Assembly (NCBI GenBank): GCA_963693365.1
Contig: CAVNZM010000009.1
Coordinates: forward strand, 8,971,408-9,035,407
From: Amoebidium appalachense
Taxonomy: Eukaryota; Protista; Ichthyosporea
Length of the DNA: 64,000 nt
Reading direction: 5' to 3'
Of this stretch, positions 1 to 12,486 are shown piece after piece (position 1 is the first letter of the stretch; every line of letters starts with the position of its first letter). The position numbers and the translations under genes were made by a program. The notes beneath the pieces were generated by a model. The model was not told the DNA's origin. It ran no database searches and was given only the letters and a program-made list of their open reading frames with translations.

Positions 1-220
1 TTTGCTTGAAATTGTCACGTTTTGTTTGTTTTTTTGTTTTTTCCCGGCACTGTACTTTTTATTTTAGAAACATTACTACTCCTTCTGTTCCCGCAGGAGA
101 CCCCTTGGGGTTACGCCTCTTCCACACAGCACCGACTACACTCTATTTAGGGTGCTCACGGTGCAATCAGCTAATAATGGTCACTTACTTTTTCTTTTTC
201 TTTCCCCCCCCCCCCCCTCC

Positions 221-281
<61 letters not shown>

Positions 282-295
282 TGACTTAAGCAAAT

Positions 296-620
296 TACAT
301 GGACGACCCAGTGATATCGTAAACTCGCTGAGTGTGGAAACATGGTTTGATGCCACAAGGAGCATCATATGTGTTGTTATGTGGTCGTCAGGCACTAAGG
401 AGCAATGCCGTCTAAGTCAAAATTAAAGCTTCGTGTACTTGATTGTGGGTCCGAAAGCATCATCGGACCTAGAAAACATGTGAAACACATCATTTTTTTC
501 CTCTGCAATGATCGAGTTTAACCTGAGAGGATAAACCGTTTGCGCCGTATTTGTACCATCCAACTGCCAACAGCAAACCAGCCCGTTATACAATGTGCAC
601 GTCCGCGAGGAAGATTCTAC

Positions 621-655
<35 letters not shown>

Positions 656-728
656 GGGGGGGGGGGTGTAGACGGAATATTAGGAAAATTAGTGTCCGGG
701 GGCGATGGTCGTCCCCATAACCTCTTGT

Positions 729-796
<68 letters not shown>

Positions 797-905
797 GGGG
801 TACTGGGAGAGGTGGGCCGGGTGTGTGTGCACGTGTGTGTGTGTGTGTGTGTGTGTGTACCGGGTGGGGGAGGGGGGGGGGGGGGGGGGGGCCGGGGGGG
901 ACTGA

Positions 906-938
<33 letters not shown>

Positions 939-1230
939 GGGCAAGTGTCCAACAGCCGTTTGGAAAGAGAGATACATAATGGTGTAATGCTTCCGAACTT
1001 GATTTAGGGGGGACACACGCGTCTAACCTGAAGTGAACTGGGTTGGGGTGGGTGGGGGTGTGGGTGGAGGGGGGGAGGGAGGGGGGGAGCATGTTAAGCT
1101 TAGGTTTACACCCTTACTTCCACTTAAAAGCATCTGAATACTGCACCATCACACGATCATGGTGTACACGTCCACAGCACACATATTGGTGGGGACACAG
1201 TTAACGTCGCCAGTAAAGGAAACATCAACT
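296..1230 (-). CDS. possible spliced gene fragment (candidate exons near 1120-1190, 978-1028, 558-617, 299-394), product unknown
   Basis: Complex-sequence islands bounded by minus-strand AG/GT signals between poly-G/(GT)n tracts, e.g. ...SDAFKWK|LDACVPPKSSSEALHHY|NLPRGRAHCITGWFAVGSWM. Phases are not fully resolved and no family was recognised. Confidence 0.3.
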
Positions 1231-1416
1231 ACAGCGTCTGTCGTTGCCGGGGCACCCCCCCCCTAGCTCTTACACCCACACCTACACACACCCACACACA
1301 CACACACACACTCACGCACACAAACACACACACACGCGCGCGCGTGCACACACACACACAAGCACACACACGTGCGCGCGCACACACACATACATACACA
1401 CACACACACAGGCATG

Positions 1417-1485
<69 letters not shown>

Positions 1486-1633
1486 GCGCGCACACACACA
1501 CGCACACACACATGCACACACACACACACACAGGCACACGCGCGCGCACACACACATCCACACACACACACACACACATACACGCACACGCGCACACACA
1601 CACACACACACACACGCAGAAACACACACACAT

Positions 1634-1708
<75 letters not shown>

Positions 1709-2061
1709 CAGACACACACAAACCAACACACACACACACACACACACACCGTTACCCTTTTTTGTCCTGATGCGGCATCAATCAAACGTTGCGTGGAAAA
1801 CCTGGCCACCTTCAGCTTTTTATGAATATCTCTAGCATTTGTTTTACTATTTAGACAGCTGAAGTAGATTTGTTTACACATTATGGACAGACCTCAGGAA
1901 ATCCTCAATTGATTTGATCATGTGTGTCATTACAAAACATGCCTGGGGTGAAGGCGACTTGGTTCTATAACCCTTTTCCTTTCTTGCAGGGGAGAGGGGA
2001 GAATGACCGGTGTCGATGGTGTGTGTGTGTGTGTGTGGAGGTGGTGGTGGTGGTGGGGGGG

Positions 2062-2109
<48 letters not shown>

Positions 2110-2459
2110 GGGGGGAGTTGTTGAATTCAAAGTACATAAGCGACTGTATGATGTACCGCTTACAACGAATGTATTTATGTGCTTGTCCAGTGTGTGTGCG
2201 TGCTTGCCTGTGTGTTGTTTTGCGTTCTTGTCTGTTGTGCAGAGAGAAAAAGAGGTAAGGGGAGGGGAGGAAGCTGTGTGAGAGATCTATCATTGATATA
2301 CAGGTAGAGAAGATGAGAGGGTTACATACACAACGAGAGAGAGGGAGGGCGGGGGGAGGGGGGGGGGGGGAGGAGAGAGAGAGGGGGAGGGAGGGAGAGG
2401 GAGAGTGTGTGTTCGTACATCTGTGTGTAGAGGAAGGAGTTAAAACATGGAGACCACAG

Positions 2460-2547
<88 letters not shown>

Positions 2548-2695
2548 ATGTGTGTGTGTGTGTGTGTGTGTGGATGGGTGGGTGGGTGGATTGGTGGGTA
2601 GGGGGAGGGGGGGGGGGAGGGGTTTAAGAAGAGCCTCGGATGTCTGTGTGTGTCTGGTGTGTCATGCACGGGGTGTGTTTGTGCGCGCGTGCGTG

Positions 2696-2757
<62 letters not shown>

Positions 2758-2761
2758 CACG

Positions 2762-2793
<32 letters not shown>

Positions 2794-2803
2794 GCGTGCG
2801 TGC

Positions 2804-2844
<41 letters not shown>

Positions 2845-3034
2845 CGCGTAACAGTTGAGTTTATGCCAACTAACTTGCTAACACGGTACGAGCTGTTAGC
2901 AACTCCAAGAACATACTAACTTACACACATTACAGGTATCTTTTCGAACAGCTACTGCTTGAAGCGAAACATTGTGATAAACGTTGTTGAAAATAAAAAC
3001 CAAAACTACATCCATATATATGGTCATCCCCCCC

Positions 3035-3065
<31 letters not shown>

Positions 3066-4002
3066 ACAACCCCCCGTCCCCCCAGGGGCACTGCGGAAAG
3101 TATATGCCCGTAGATACTATCGCCACCAAGCCAAATGACGCCAGATTCTTCCTCCCTCCCCCCCCCCCAAAAAAAAAAATTACTATAATAAAAATAAAAA
3201 TAAGAATAAAAAGAGAAGAAAAGAGCACAGACACACAAACACCACATTGCCGTGCCCCGCACTTTTACAAAAATATACACCAACACACACACACACACAC
3301 ACACCCGCGTGAATCAAGGGCGGGTATGTCTGGTTAATGTTTTGCACTCCACAGTTAGGGTGCCTGAAATGATAGCATACAAAGTTGACTTTGACAAATT
3401 CTATACTAGTTGTACAGTACAGTAGACAACTAGGTAACTTTTATTGATGTGCCTTTTAATCTTCTATTAAAATTTATGACTTACGTGGGCATTCCCGTCA
3501 TTTACACTATACCAACATTACGTTCATACACATAATATCATAATTCGTGGATGATACATTTTCTAAAAAGCTAAATTTTAAGACACGTTATACGGTGCGT
3601 CACAGTCACTACTCAATCGCTATTAATAGTAAAACCTATGCACACTGTGCACCTCTAAGTTAACACCCCTGAAACTGTGGCATACTGTATTAGTATAGCT
3701 CATATTCAGACTCTGGCTAGAACTCTAAGGCAGTTACTGATGGATATATCTAAACAGCCCACATTCTACCCATGCCACTATTCTCCAAATTCTACAATGA
3801 ACATCTACACAACAGGGTCCGGTAAAATAGTTATAGCTAAAGCACAAAGCGCCCCGGCTTACTGAGAATGAAAAAAAAAAAGAGGCCTAATATATTGACC
3901 TGGAGGAGCAAACCAGTGCACAAGAAAAAACCAGACAAACAAAACAACGGCTTTAAAAAAAAAAAAAAAACGGAGAGGAAAAGTCTGTGTCATGGAATTA
4001 AA

Positions 4003-5366
4003 CTACACGCAAAAAGTCCATGCACAATTTGGATAAGGAGGGGGTGGTAGCATCCCCACATCAAGCCCCCCTGGGTATGCGGACACACCAACCACAGTGC
4101 GTTCAAATACACAAATATGAAGTGGTTTCTCAAGTTGATATGAGCAACATCGGGCAGAGGTGCCCTCTTACATTCCTCAACAATAAACGGGGACCCAACA
4201 TGTTCGTAGAAAAACGGAGCAGGGAGGCTAACCACCAAGTCGTTCTTGTTCACAGCGCGCAGCGTCTTGGGCAAAAGTCCTAAAACCTGCTCATAGTAAT
4301 TTTTAAACCCCCCATTTCCTACTTTTGGTGAAGCGAACGCAAACACTCCCCTCACATCCCACCCCAATTTGCTAAACCTTGCACCAGCTAGAATTGTGAC
4401 AGCAGCACCCAAACTATGACCGGTTATGAAGATGGGGCAGTTCATAGGGGTGCGGCCCATTGATAAGCATGCTTTAGCCACACCCACCTCCAGACCCTTT
4501 TCAGCCAGGTCAATGTACACGAGGTTGTATCCGGCGTGCACCAAAGCAGAAGGACCACCTCCATAAATTTGGTCGGCTGGCTTGAGAGATATACCCATTA
4601 AATTGGGCGTGATATCCTTCATATCCTGCGAGCCTTGGATAGTAACTATCACCATATTTTCTGTACGTAGAACCGCAGCCTGGCTCTGAAGACTTGTCAC
4701 AAAGAACTGAGTATCGCGGACGCCCATACATGACTACCAGTTTTTCTGGTTGTCATTCAGAACATAGGCCTGAAACGCGATAAGGCCCATTAAATACACG
4801 TTGTTATTGCTGTTTATCCCCGCCTTCACATTCAAAACATCGGGCTGGTTGAGGACTTCTTTGAACGCGTATTTGTCACATTGAGGGAACGCTTGAAAGA
4901 AAAATGGTCCTTCTTTAGGGTCGGATGGGAGCGGCAGTTGAACGTTATTTGCTACAGGAACCTTGGAGTAATATTGAGACGTCCAATCAGTCACATCTTG
5001 TGCTCGCGGAGGAGCCCGTGTAGGGGGAGGGGCGCATGGACACGCACCGTCACATCTCTTCACTTCTCCCGCTCTCAACTTGAGACAGTCTAGATTTCTA
5101 TACTCTCTGTTCTCTGTGCTGCATACGTGTGCTTCGGGGCCTTGGTTACAGTTGTTCACTGAACTTTTAGAGGGCAAACCTACGTTGAACACGCTGCTTG
5201 CTGTTTTTTGAGCAAAATCGACCACCTGACCTATGGGGGATGGTTTGAAAAAGTTTATGACTCTGTCTAGGAAACCCCAGCGCTTTTCACGGTGTTTGGC
5301 TTCGACAGCTAGGGTAAAGAAAGCCAACGTGAAAAGCAGGAACAAACGAAAATGTCGAGCCCCCAT
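4003..5366 (-). CDS. secreted class-3 lipase with N-terminal Kazal-like module (copy A); in-frame TAG at 4734-4736; conserved C-terminus in the -1 frame after G6 at 4066-4071
   Basis: Signal peptide, REKR|W dibasic site, VCSTENREYRNLDC...CDGACPC, VHAGY, ITGHSLGAA, FASPKVGN, NKNDLV, NH. ORFs 4734-5366 and 3990-4727 are in the same frame and colinear with the paralog at 7046. Confidence 0.85.
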
Positions 5367-5725
5367 GATGCATATGCATGGAATCAGCTAATTTGTAGTA
5401 AGCTTAAGTGTTGTTTGGGTTATAGATGCCATGTACTACGTGAGGGAACCAGCTCGCTAGAAACATTACGTTCAATTACTAGTTTCTCTGTTTCAGACTA
5501 TCACCATGCTTTGTATGTTGACACAGAACTACTTTGACTGAGCAGTGAGCACATGCTCACTGACACCCCCGGGGGAGGCCTGAAGTAGGGCTGATCCGTG
5601 GGGACTCTTTTTAAACATTGGAATGTATAGACAACCAATCATCTGCTCCGAGCTTATCAGAACTAGATAGTATCATAGTTCGCATCTCCGAATCAATGGA
5701 AGCCCCGACACAAAACGCTGGATAA

Positions 5726-6131
5726 TGAGTCCCTTCGCGTGGATCTAAATATCTAAATACTCGGCGAATTTAAAGAACGAATGTCGTTCTCTAAAACGAA
5801 TGTCGTTCTCTAAATGTCGTTCTCTAAATATCTAAAAGTCTGCTCGATTCGTGTAGAGTAGTTTAGAAACTAAATTATCTAGATAGTTAATCGCGATTCT
5901 ATTGGATAAGAGATAGTTAGGCGAGTTCCAAGAACCAATCGTCTCATCCCAGACATCTAGAAGACCCCCCCCACCCCCTCTTCCAGATGCGCCCATCTGG
6001 AAGAAGGTCGAAATCAATCTAGATTTTATGCAATTTTTAAACATTTAACAGATTGATTGGATTGCAACAATTTTATACGCAAATTTAACAATCTAGATAT
6101 TTAGATATCTAGATTCACGCGAAGCGGCTCA
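5726..6131. mobile_element. MITE-like element with ~35-bp imperfect terminal inverted repeats
   Basis: Left end TGAGTCCCTTCGCGTGGATCTAAATATCTAAATA vs reverse complement of right end TGAGCCGCTTCGCGTGAATCTAGATATCTAAATA. Internal AATGTCGTTCTCTA x3. No coding capacity and no clear TSD. Confidence 0.65.
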
Positions 6132-6388
6132 ATATTCGTAGAGGGTAAAAACGTAAACACTTGTCTAGCACTGTGTTTATAACTGGAAAATATTTATTAT
6201 ATGATACGTACTACATACATAAATCCCTCCCAAATTCTGTTCGAGCTTCCAAGTTTTCGAGAACTACCACCCTTTATCCATCGCAGGTGGAATGTAAACA
6301 ATGCACGTGCCAACACCGTTAAAAAGCGTTCATTTTGATTCGCTAAAGCCGCACCACGCAAAAAAAACGCGTCAACTTACATCATACG

Positions 6389-6454
6389 CTAACACGTACT
6401 GACGTGTTGCCGCACGTGCGACGTTTAGTGCATAGGCCGGCACATAGGCATTTT

Positions 6455-6489
<35 letters not shown>

Positions 6490-6986
6490 AGACACCGCCC
6501 CAGTAGGTGGTAGCATCATACGGCACCGTGATGTGGTGTGCTCAGTCGACGTCAGCGTGTAGCCCCGTGGGAGGCTCCTTTGGAGTGCGGCACTTGGCCC
6601 GTGTATGTATGCCTATGTGCCGGCCTATGCACTAAACCCGTCCACACTCCAAGTTATCAATGATGCATATATATATATGGCCACACTAGCCACATTATGA
6701 TATGCGGATATGATATTGCTGTGTTCTCACACCTAACATCGTAGGTACACAGTGTACATGATGTACGTAATATCGTTGTGCTCGAAAATAGTTATGAAAG
6801 CGTGCGAGGTTTAGGGGACATTTTATTGAAGTGAAAATTTTCATTAATACAGTAACTGCCTACCACCTACTGAGGCGGTGTCTCCTTTCTTTTTATTTTT
6901 TTTTATTTTTATTTTTTTATTTACTTAAAAGCCGCCTGAGTAGATGTTAAACGTCGCACGTGCGGCAACACGTCAGTACGTGTTAG
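6389..6986. mobile_element. non-autonomous foldback/MITE-like element with ~125-bp TIRs and a nested inverted repeat
   Basis: CTAACACGTACTGACGTGTTGCCGCACGTGCGACGTTTA...A-run...GGAGACACCGCC.CAGTAGGTGGTAG (6389-6513) is mirrored at 6858-6986. 6424-6451 is mirrored again at 6609-6636. Confidence 0.75.
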
Positions 6987-7045
6987 AGTAACTGCTGTAC
7001 TTACCATAACCGTACGTACAGTAGTACAGCTTTGAACTTAAAAAA

Positions 7046-8604
7046 ATGGGGCCTTTTCGGCGCCTCTATGTGCTCCTTCTGTGCATTCTAGCCTTTTCTA
7101 CGATAGGTGTCGATGCCAAAAACAGAGAAAAGCGATGGGGTAACTTCTTTTCAAGAATTGTCAATGCCGTGAAAGAAAGTAGCGTGGTGACAACTGTTAG
7201 CAACACAGTGCAACAGGCAAAGGCATCGATCACAAACACCGACACGTACAAATCAGCAGCAAACATAGTGAACTCCGTTGCTGAAAGCATACAGCAAAAA
7301 AGCACACAAAAGCCAACTTTTTCAGCGGCAGATGTTGGAAATGCCGCACAAAATCTCCTACAAGAGATAAAAACAGTGGTCGGGACGGCAGCTCAAACCG
7401 TATCGGAGAAAGTACAAAACTCGGCCGTTTACCAACTGGGAGAAGCAACTGCTCGATGTGTTTCCTCACCGGAGCTGCGTGTGTGCAGCACAGACAATCG
7501 CGAATTCAAGAACATTTACTGCCTCAAGATAAAGTTGGGTGAGGTGAAAAGATGTGATGGTGCATGCCCGTGCGTTCCCCCTGTGACCAGGTCTCTTCCC
7601 AGGCAGAAGTTTACGACTGATTGGACATTGCTTTATTACAGCAAGGTCCCTACCTCTAACACAATTACGGACGTGACACCCCCAGAACCAGCAGAGGGCC
7701 CATTCTATTACGCGCCATTCCCCCAGTGTGAAAAATACGTATTTAAAGACATTTTTAACCGAGCGGACGTGTTTGATGTGAACGCAGGCATCGGCAGCAA
7801 CAACAACGTATATTTAATGGCGCTGATTGCCTTCCAGACCTACTCCTTCACACAGAACATGAAGGTTTGGTGGACGTGTTTGGGTGTCCGCAACATCGAC
7901 ACGATTGAGACTCCCGGGGCTAACCAGGCTGTTGTCCTGCGTACGGACTTAGCGGTCATTGTTTCTTTTCAGGGGACAAAGGATTCGGAAGACAACACAT
8001 CGAACTTTGACGGCATACAACCCCGCGCAAACCAAGCAAACTACGGCGGGGGCCCGGATGCTAAAGTACACAACGGGTATGACGATGCATTTATGGACCT
8101 GCAGAACAACGGCAAAATAGAATGGAAAGTACTGTCCGCATGTGCGCAGTTGAACAAAAGTCCGCAAACTTGCCCAATAATCATTACTGCACACAGTCGC
8201 GGGTCTGCGTTGGGTACCTTAGCGGCCGCTAGATTTACACTTCTGGGGTGGTCGGTGAAAGGTGTGTTTTTGTTTGCTTCTCCGAAAGTTGCAAGCCCCA
8301 CATTTAGACGTTATTATGAGGATACACTAAAACTGAAGGACAAAACCTTACGTGCGGTGAACAAGAACGATTTGGTCGTTGGGCTTCCTCCGGCCTATTA
8401 CGAACATGTGGGGAATACAATGATTGTGGAGGAATGTAGACGTGCACCGTTGCCCGATGTTTCCTACTATAACTTGCGACATCACTATGCGTGGGTGTAT
8501 CTAAACGCACTGTGGTTGGTTTGTCCTTTTGCAGAGGGGGGCTTGACATAGGTATGCTGCCGCCCCCGCCTTATCCAAATTGTGCCTGGTCCTTCTGCGT
8601 GTAG
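7046..8604 (+). CDS. secreted class-3 lipase with Kazal-like module (copy B); 0-frame ORF stops at 8551, conserved -1-frame tail ends at 8604
   Basis: 501-aa ORF with signal peptide, REKR|W, VCSTDNREFKNIYC...CDGACPC, VHNGY, ITAHSRGS (GxSxG variant), FASPKV, NKNDLV, HH. Confidence 0.9.
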
Positions 8605-9003
8605 CGGTTCTTCGAGTAGTGATTGGATAAGTATCATCCGGACTCTAATCAATTAGCACATAGGACTAAGCCGACATTTTTCTATATGTGCAGGTGGTGA
8701 TTAATATCAGCATATTTTGAATTTGAGATAAATAGCGCTTTTTCTTTCTTTCTTTTTTTTTTCCCCACAAATCATAGACCCTACCAACCCTGGAATTTTT
8801 AGAAAACCGGGGGTGGGTGGGTGTGGGGGGGACGGGGGGAGGGGGAGGGGGGAGGTTGGGCACCACGATGATACGAACAAGGTGACATGCTGCGCGATTG
8901 AACTTCACGAATGCAGCATGCAATGCTTAGCTTTCCCACCTTAACGCAATTATACGTCTACGTGTGATGCCACGCTTGGCTCCTCAGAGGTTTCTCCTGC
9001 CAA

Positions 9004-9056
<53 letters not shown>

Positions 9057-9443
9057 TTAACCCACCCCTCCCCCTGCCCACGTCCCCCCCGTTCTTCGAA
9101 CCCCCACCCCGGCACAGTCCCAAGGGACAGGCACCCCCCGAAACAAGATTCTTATCATTAACCCCCTCCCCCCCCCCCCCCCAACACACACACAGCCCCC
9201 TTCTTCGCTCCTCTTCCTCCCCTTTCTCTTTATACCATGCAGCTCATGCCACACATTTTGTGAAGATATCTCTGAACTTCACACTGTAGAAAGGATGGGA
9301 TTCATAAGGAGCGATGGTGTGCGGATGTGTGTGTGTGTGTGTGTGTGTGTACATATGTGTGTACATATGTGTGTACGTGTGTGTGCGTGTGTGTGCGTGT
9401 GCGTGTGTGTATGTGCGTGTGTGTGTGTGTGTGTATGTGTGTG

Positions 9444-9490
<47 letters not shown>

Positions 9491-9826
9491 GTGTGTGTGT
9501 GTCAGAGACGGGTGTCGTGTTTGTTTTGTAGTGTATCAATGTGCACGGTCGTGTGTGTGGGGGGTTGGGGGGGCTGTTTTGTGTGGGTTTTGGAACGTAG
9601 GAGAGGTGGTGGTGGTGGTGGTGGGGGGGGGGGGGGGGGGGGAGGTGGGGAGAGAGAGAGAGAATAGGAAGGAGAATCCCTGCATGTCTGGGAAGTGTGA
9701 AGTTGAGGGGGAAGGGGATGTCGAGAGCTCGAAAAAGAGGAGGTGGGATTAGCTATAGGCACGGCATTTCTGGTCTTTTTATTATCTATCTCTACGAAAT
9801 TTGAGCTTATTAATGGGGTTCACTTT

Positions 9827-9876
<50 letters not shown>

Positions 9877-11519
9877 CCCATCAGAGCTCTCTCCGTTCAC
9901 AGCTCCCTCCCCCTCCCTCTCCCCCCCCCCCCCACGTGTGCACGAACCCAAACCAGGGAAACTCATGCGCCAAACCCCCTCCCCGGCCCCTCTCCAGTGC
10001 CTACTACTACACACACGTACAAACATCATACAAACTCGCACACACACAGTGTCACACACACACACACACGTGCACACACACGCGCGTACACACGCGCACA
10101 CATGCACACACGCACGTACGCACACACACATGCACGAGTGGGTCTCATGCGCACACATGCATCCACACACGTGGAAATGACACGTTACGTCATGCATAGG
10201 CCACATATATGTCCCCGCAGGCCCAAAACTTAGCACCGTTCATTGGCCCACAGGGCTGGTGCCTTTTTTTGTACGTTTATGTGTTTGATTTGAAATGATC
10301 ATGTCATCTGCCCTATATGCTAGCATATTATTTTTGGTCTCGTTATTAGTAACCGGAGCAACATTCATTCCGAGTAGTAGTATTTGTAGGATTTTTAGTG
10401 CACACTCATGGCTAATGTGATGTGCATGCGCACGGCCGTTACCACGTTTGGCGGTGGTTGAACCGGCCGCGCCCGGGTCTCCCCCCCCCCCCCCCCTCCC
10501 CTTCAGGCCCTCCCCGGGCCCCCCTCCCCCTCCCAACACCACCAACGTACCCTGCGGCTTCATGACCATGTCCTGTTTATTGACAACGTCTGCACTCGTA
10601 GGAAGCGTGCGCGTGTACGTGTGTGCAAGCAGACACACGTGCATTTCGCGAGAGAAAACACTGTGGTGATTCCACCGTCAAATTGTTATCTATGTACTTC
10701 TGAATAGATCTCACCAAAGATCTATCATGGATCTACGCTTCTATTGGTTGCGCTGGAGAAGCCTTCTTCCAATCGAAAACAGCGTAGCGTGTCAGCTGAC
10801 CTAGGGGGACCCAAAAACGTCACCTTAGATCCTACAACTGCCTGAGTATTGTAGTTCAGTTTTCGTAGAATTTCGTACTACTAATGAATCTTACAGCTTA
10901 CAGTAAATATCATCTGATATAAGTTTACAAATGATAGATGCATTTATGTTTTTTCTGTCACATTATATATAATTAAAAAACTAAATACATGTCAGCTTCT
11001 TACATATTGTATTGAGTAGTAAGAAGTAGTAGTTCTTAGTAAGGAGATTTAATTTCTTGAATAAACCCAGTCAATTGCAAAAGAAAAAAAACATTTCTTG
11101 TATAATTTTCTTTTTTGTATAATTCGGAGAATCCCCCTTGCAAGCCAGTGAGCCAATCGCCGCATGCAGAAATATGCCGCCTTTTTTTTTTTCCTTCTCA
11201 CACACTGTCACCAAGGCCTCCTTATCACCCGGGCCTAGAAAAGGAGGGGTGCGAATCGGAATGCAAAAATGGAATCGGCCGGGTTTGAGACTTTGATGCG
11301 ATCGAAAGGGTGTCCGTCGAGAGGAGCTCCGACGCGGTCGCTGCAAAGAAACTCGTCGGCATCGCGTGCATGCATGCGCATGCGGCCGGAGCGGGTGTGG
11401 TTGATTTCCATCCCAGGGTGGGGTGGGTGGAGGTTTGGGAGTTGGTTCGACCATTTTGTTGGGGACTTATTCCGTTTTCGCTTGGGTAGCGGCCCCCCGT
11501 GAGATCCATAAACCGGGCG

Positions 11520-11571
<52 letters not shown>

Positions 11572-12486
11572 GAGGGGAGGGGGTACGGGGGAAGGGGGCA
11601 GCTGAGCACCAGAGGCTTCGGCTGCCATGCCGGCATACATAATCCTTATAAACAAATACACGTGCATATGCTCAACCTTTCAGTACCTATTGAGTAAAGC
11701 GCTAGCGAGTGAGAGATTGTGAAACGACGCATGCCCACGCCGGAGACACACAACCTTCGAATTCAGGAAGACACAAACGCAGTGAGCTCGCACGCGCGCA
11801 CACACAAACTACACTACACCGACAACACCCAAACACGTAAGCACACCTAAGTAGTTCAAGTAGCACATACACACGCCCACACGACGCGCCCGCATAGGCT
11901 GTGAGTCAGGCACACAAACACATACCAACGCCCCGCGCACAGACATATACACCAAGGGCACGTATAAGTTTTTGCTAGAATAATATTGAAGTTTGCTCAA
12001 CACGAATATGTGAAGAAAAAGTTGGTAGCTTAAGGTGTGGGAAGGGAGGACGGAGAGGAAAAAAGATAACGGTTTTGGAAGAGGGGACCCATGACCGTCA
12101 ATGAGAGATTCGGTGGGGCTCGTAATTACAAACAGCAAACCACACGCTTAGCTGGGGCTTAAGGTAAGAAGGGGGAGACACACTAACCAAGAAAGTCAAC
12201 GAAACACAAAAGTAAAACGTGAAAAACAGCTGAAAAGTCGAAGCGGCGATTGGCTAATATTCCCCCCAAAACCGGCCTGTTACTATTTGTGGAACAGGGG
12301 ATGCCATTTTCGGAACAGGCATCACTCCGGCCTGACCCGGATTTCAGCTGCAGATCGTGACGTTTCCGTTTCCAGGCCCGGGTGATAAGGAGGCCTTGAC
12401 AGTCACACCCGTAGTCCCGTACGGCAAAGGCTAAGTTCGTCCAGATTCTTTTGTTTGCGCCTGTTTCTCCTCATCACACACCAACA

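Noticed and set aside
8549-8690. Stop-codon readthrough of lipase B TAG 8549-8551, which aligns to TGG in copy A
   Set aside because: Substitutions downstream fall mostly on position 2 of that frame. The -1 frame is the conserved one, so the TAG/TGG match is incidental.
10700-10800. ATTGG...CCAAT inverted pairs (also near 5900 and 33490)
   Set aside because: They are too short to define an element and may be CCAAT boxes or MITE remnants.
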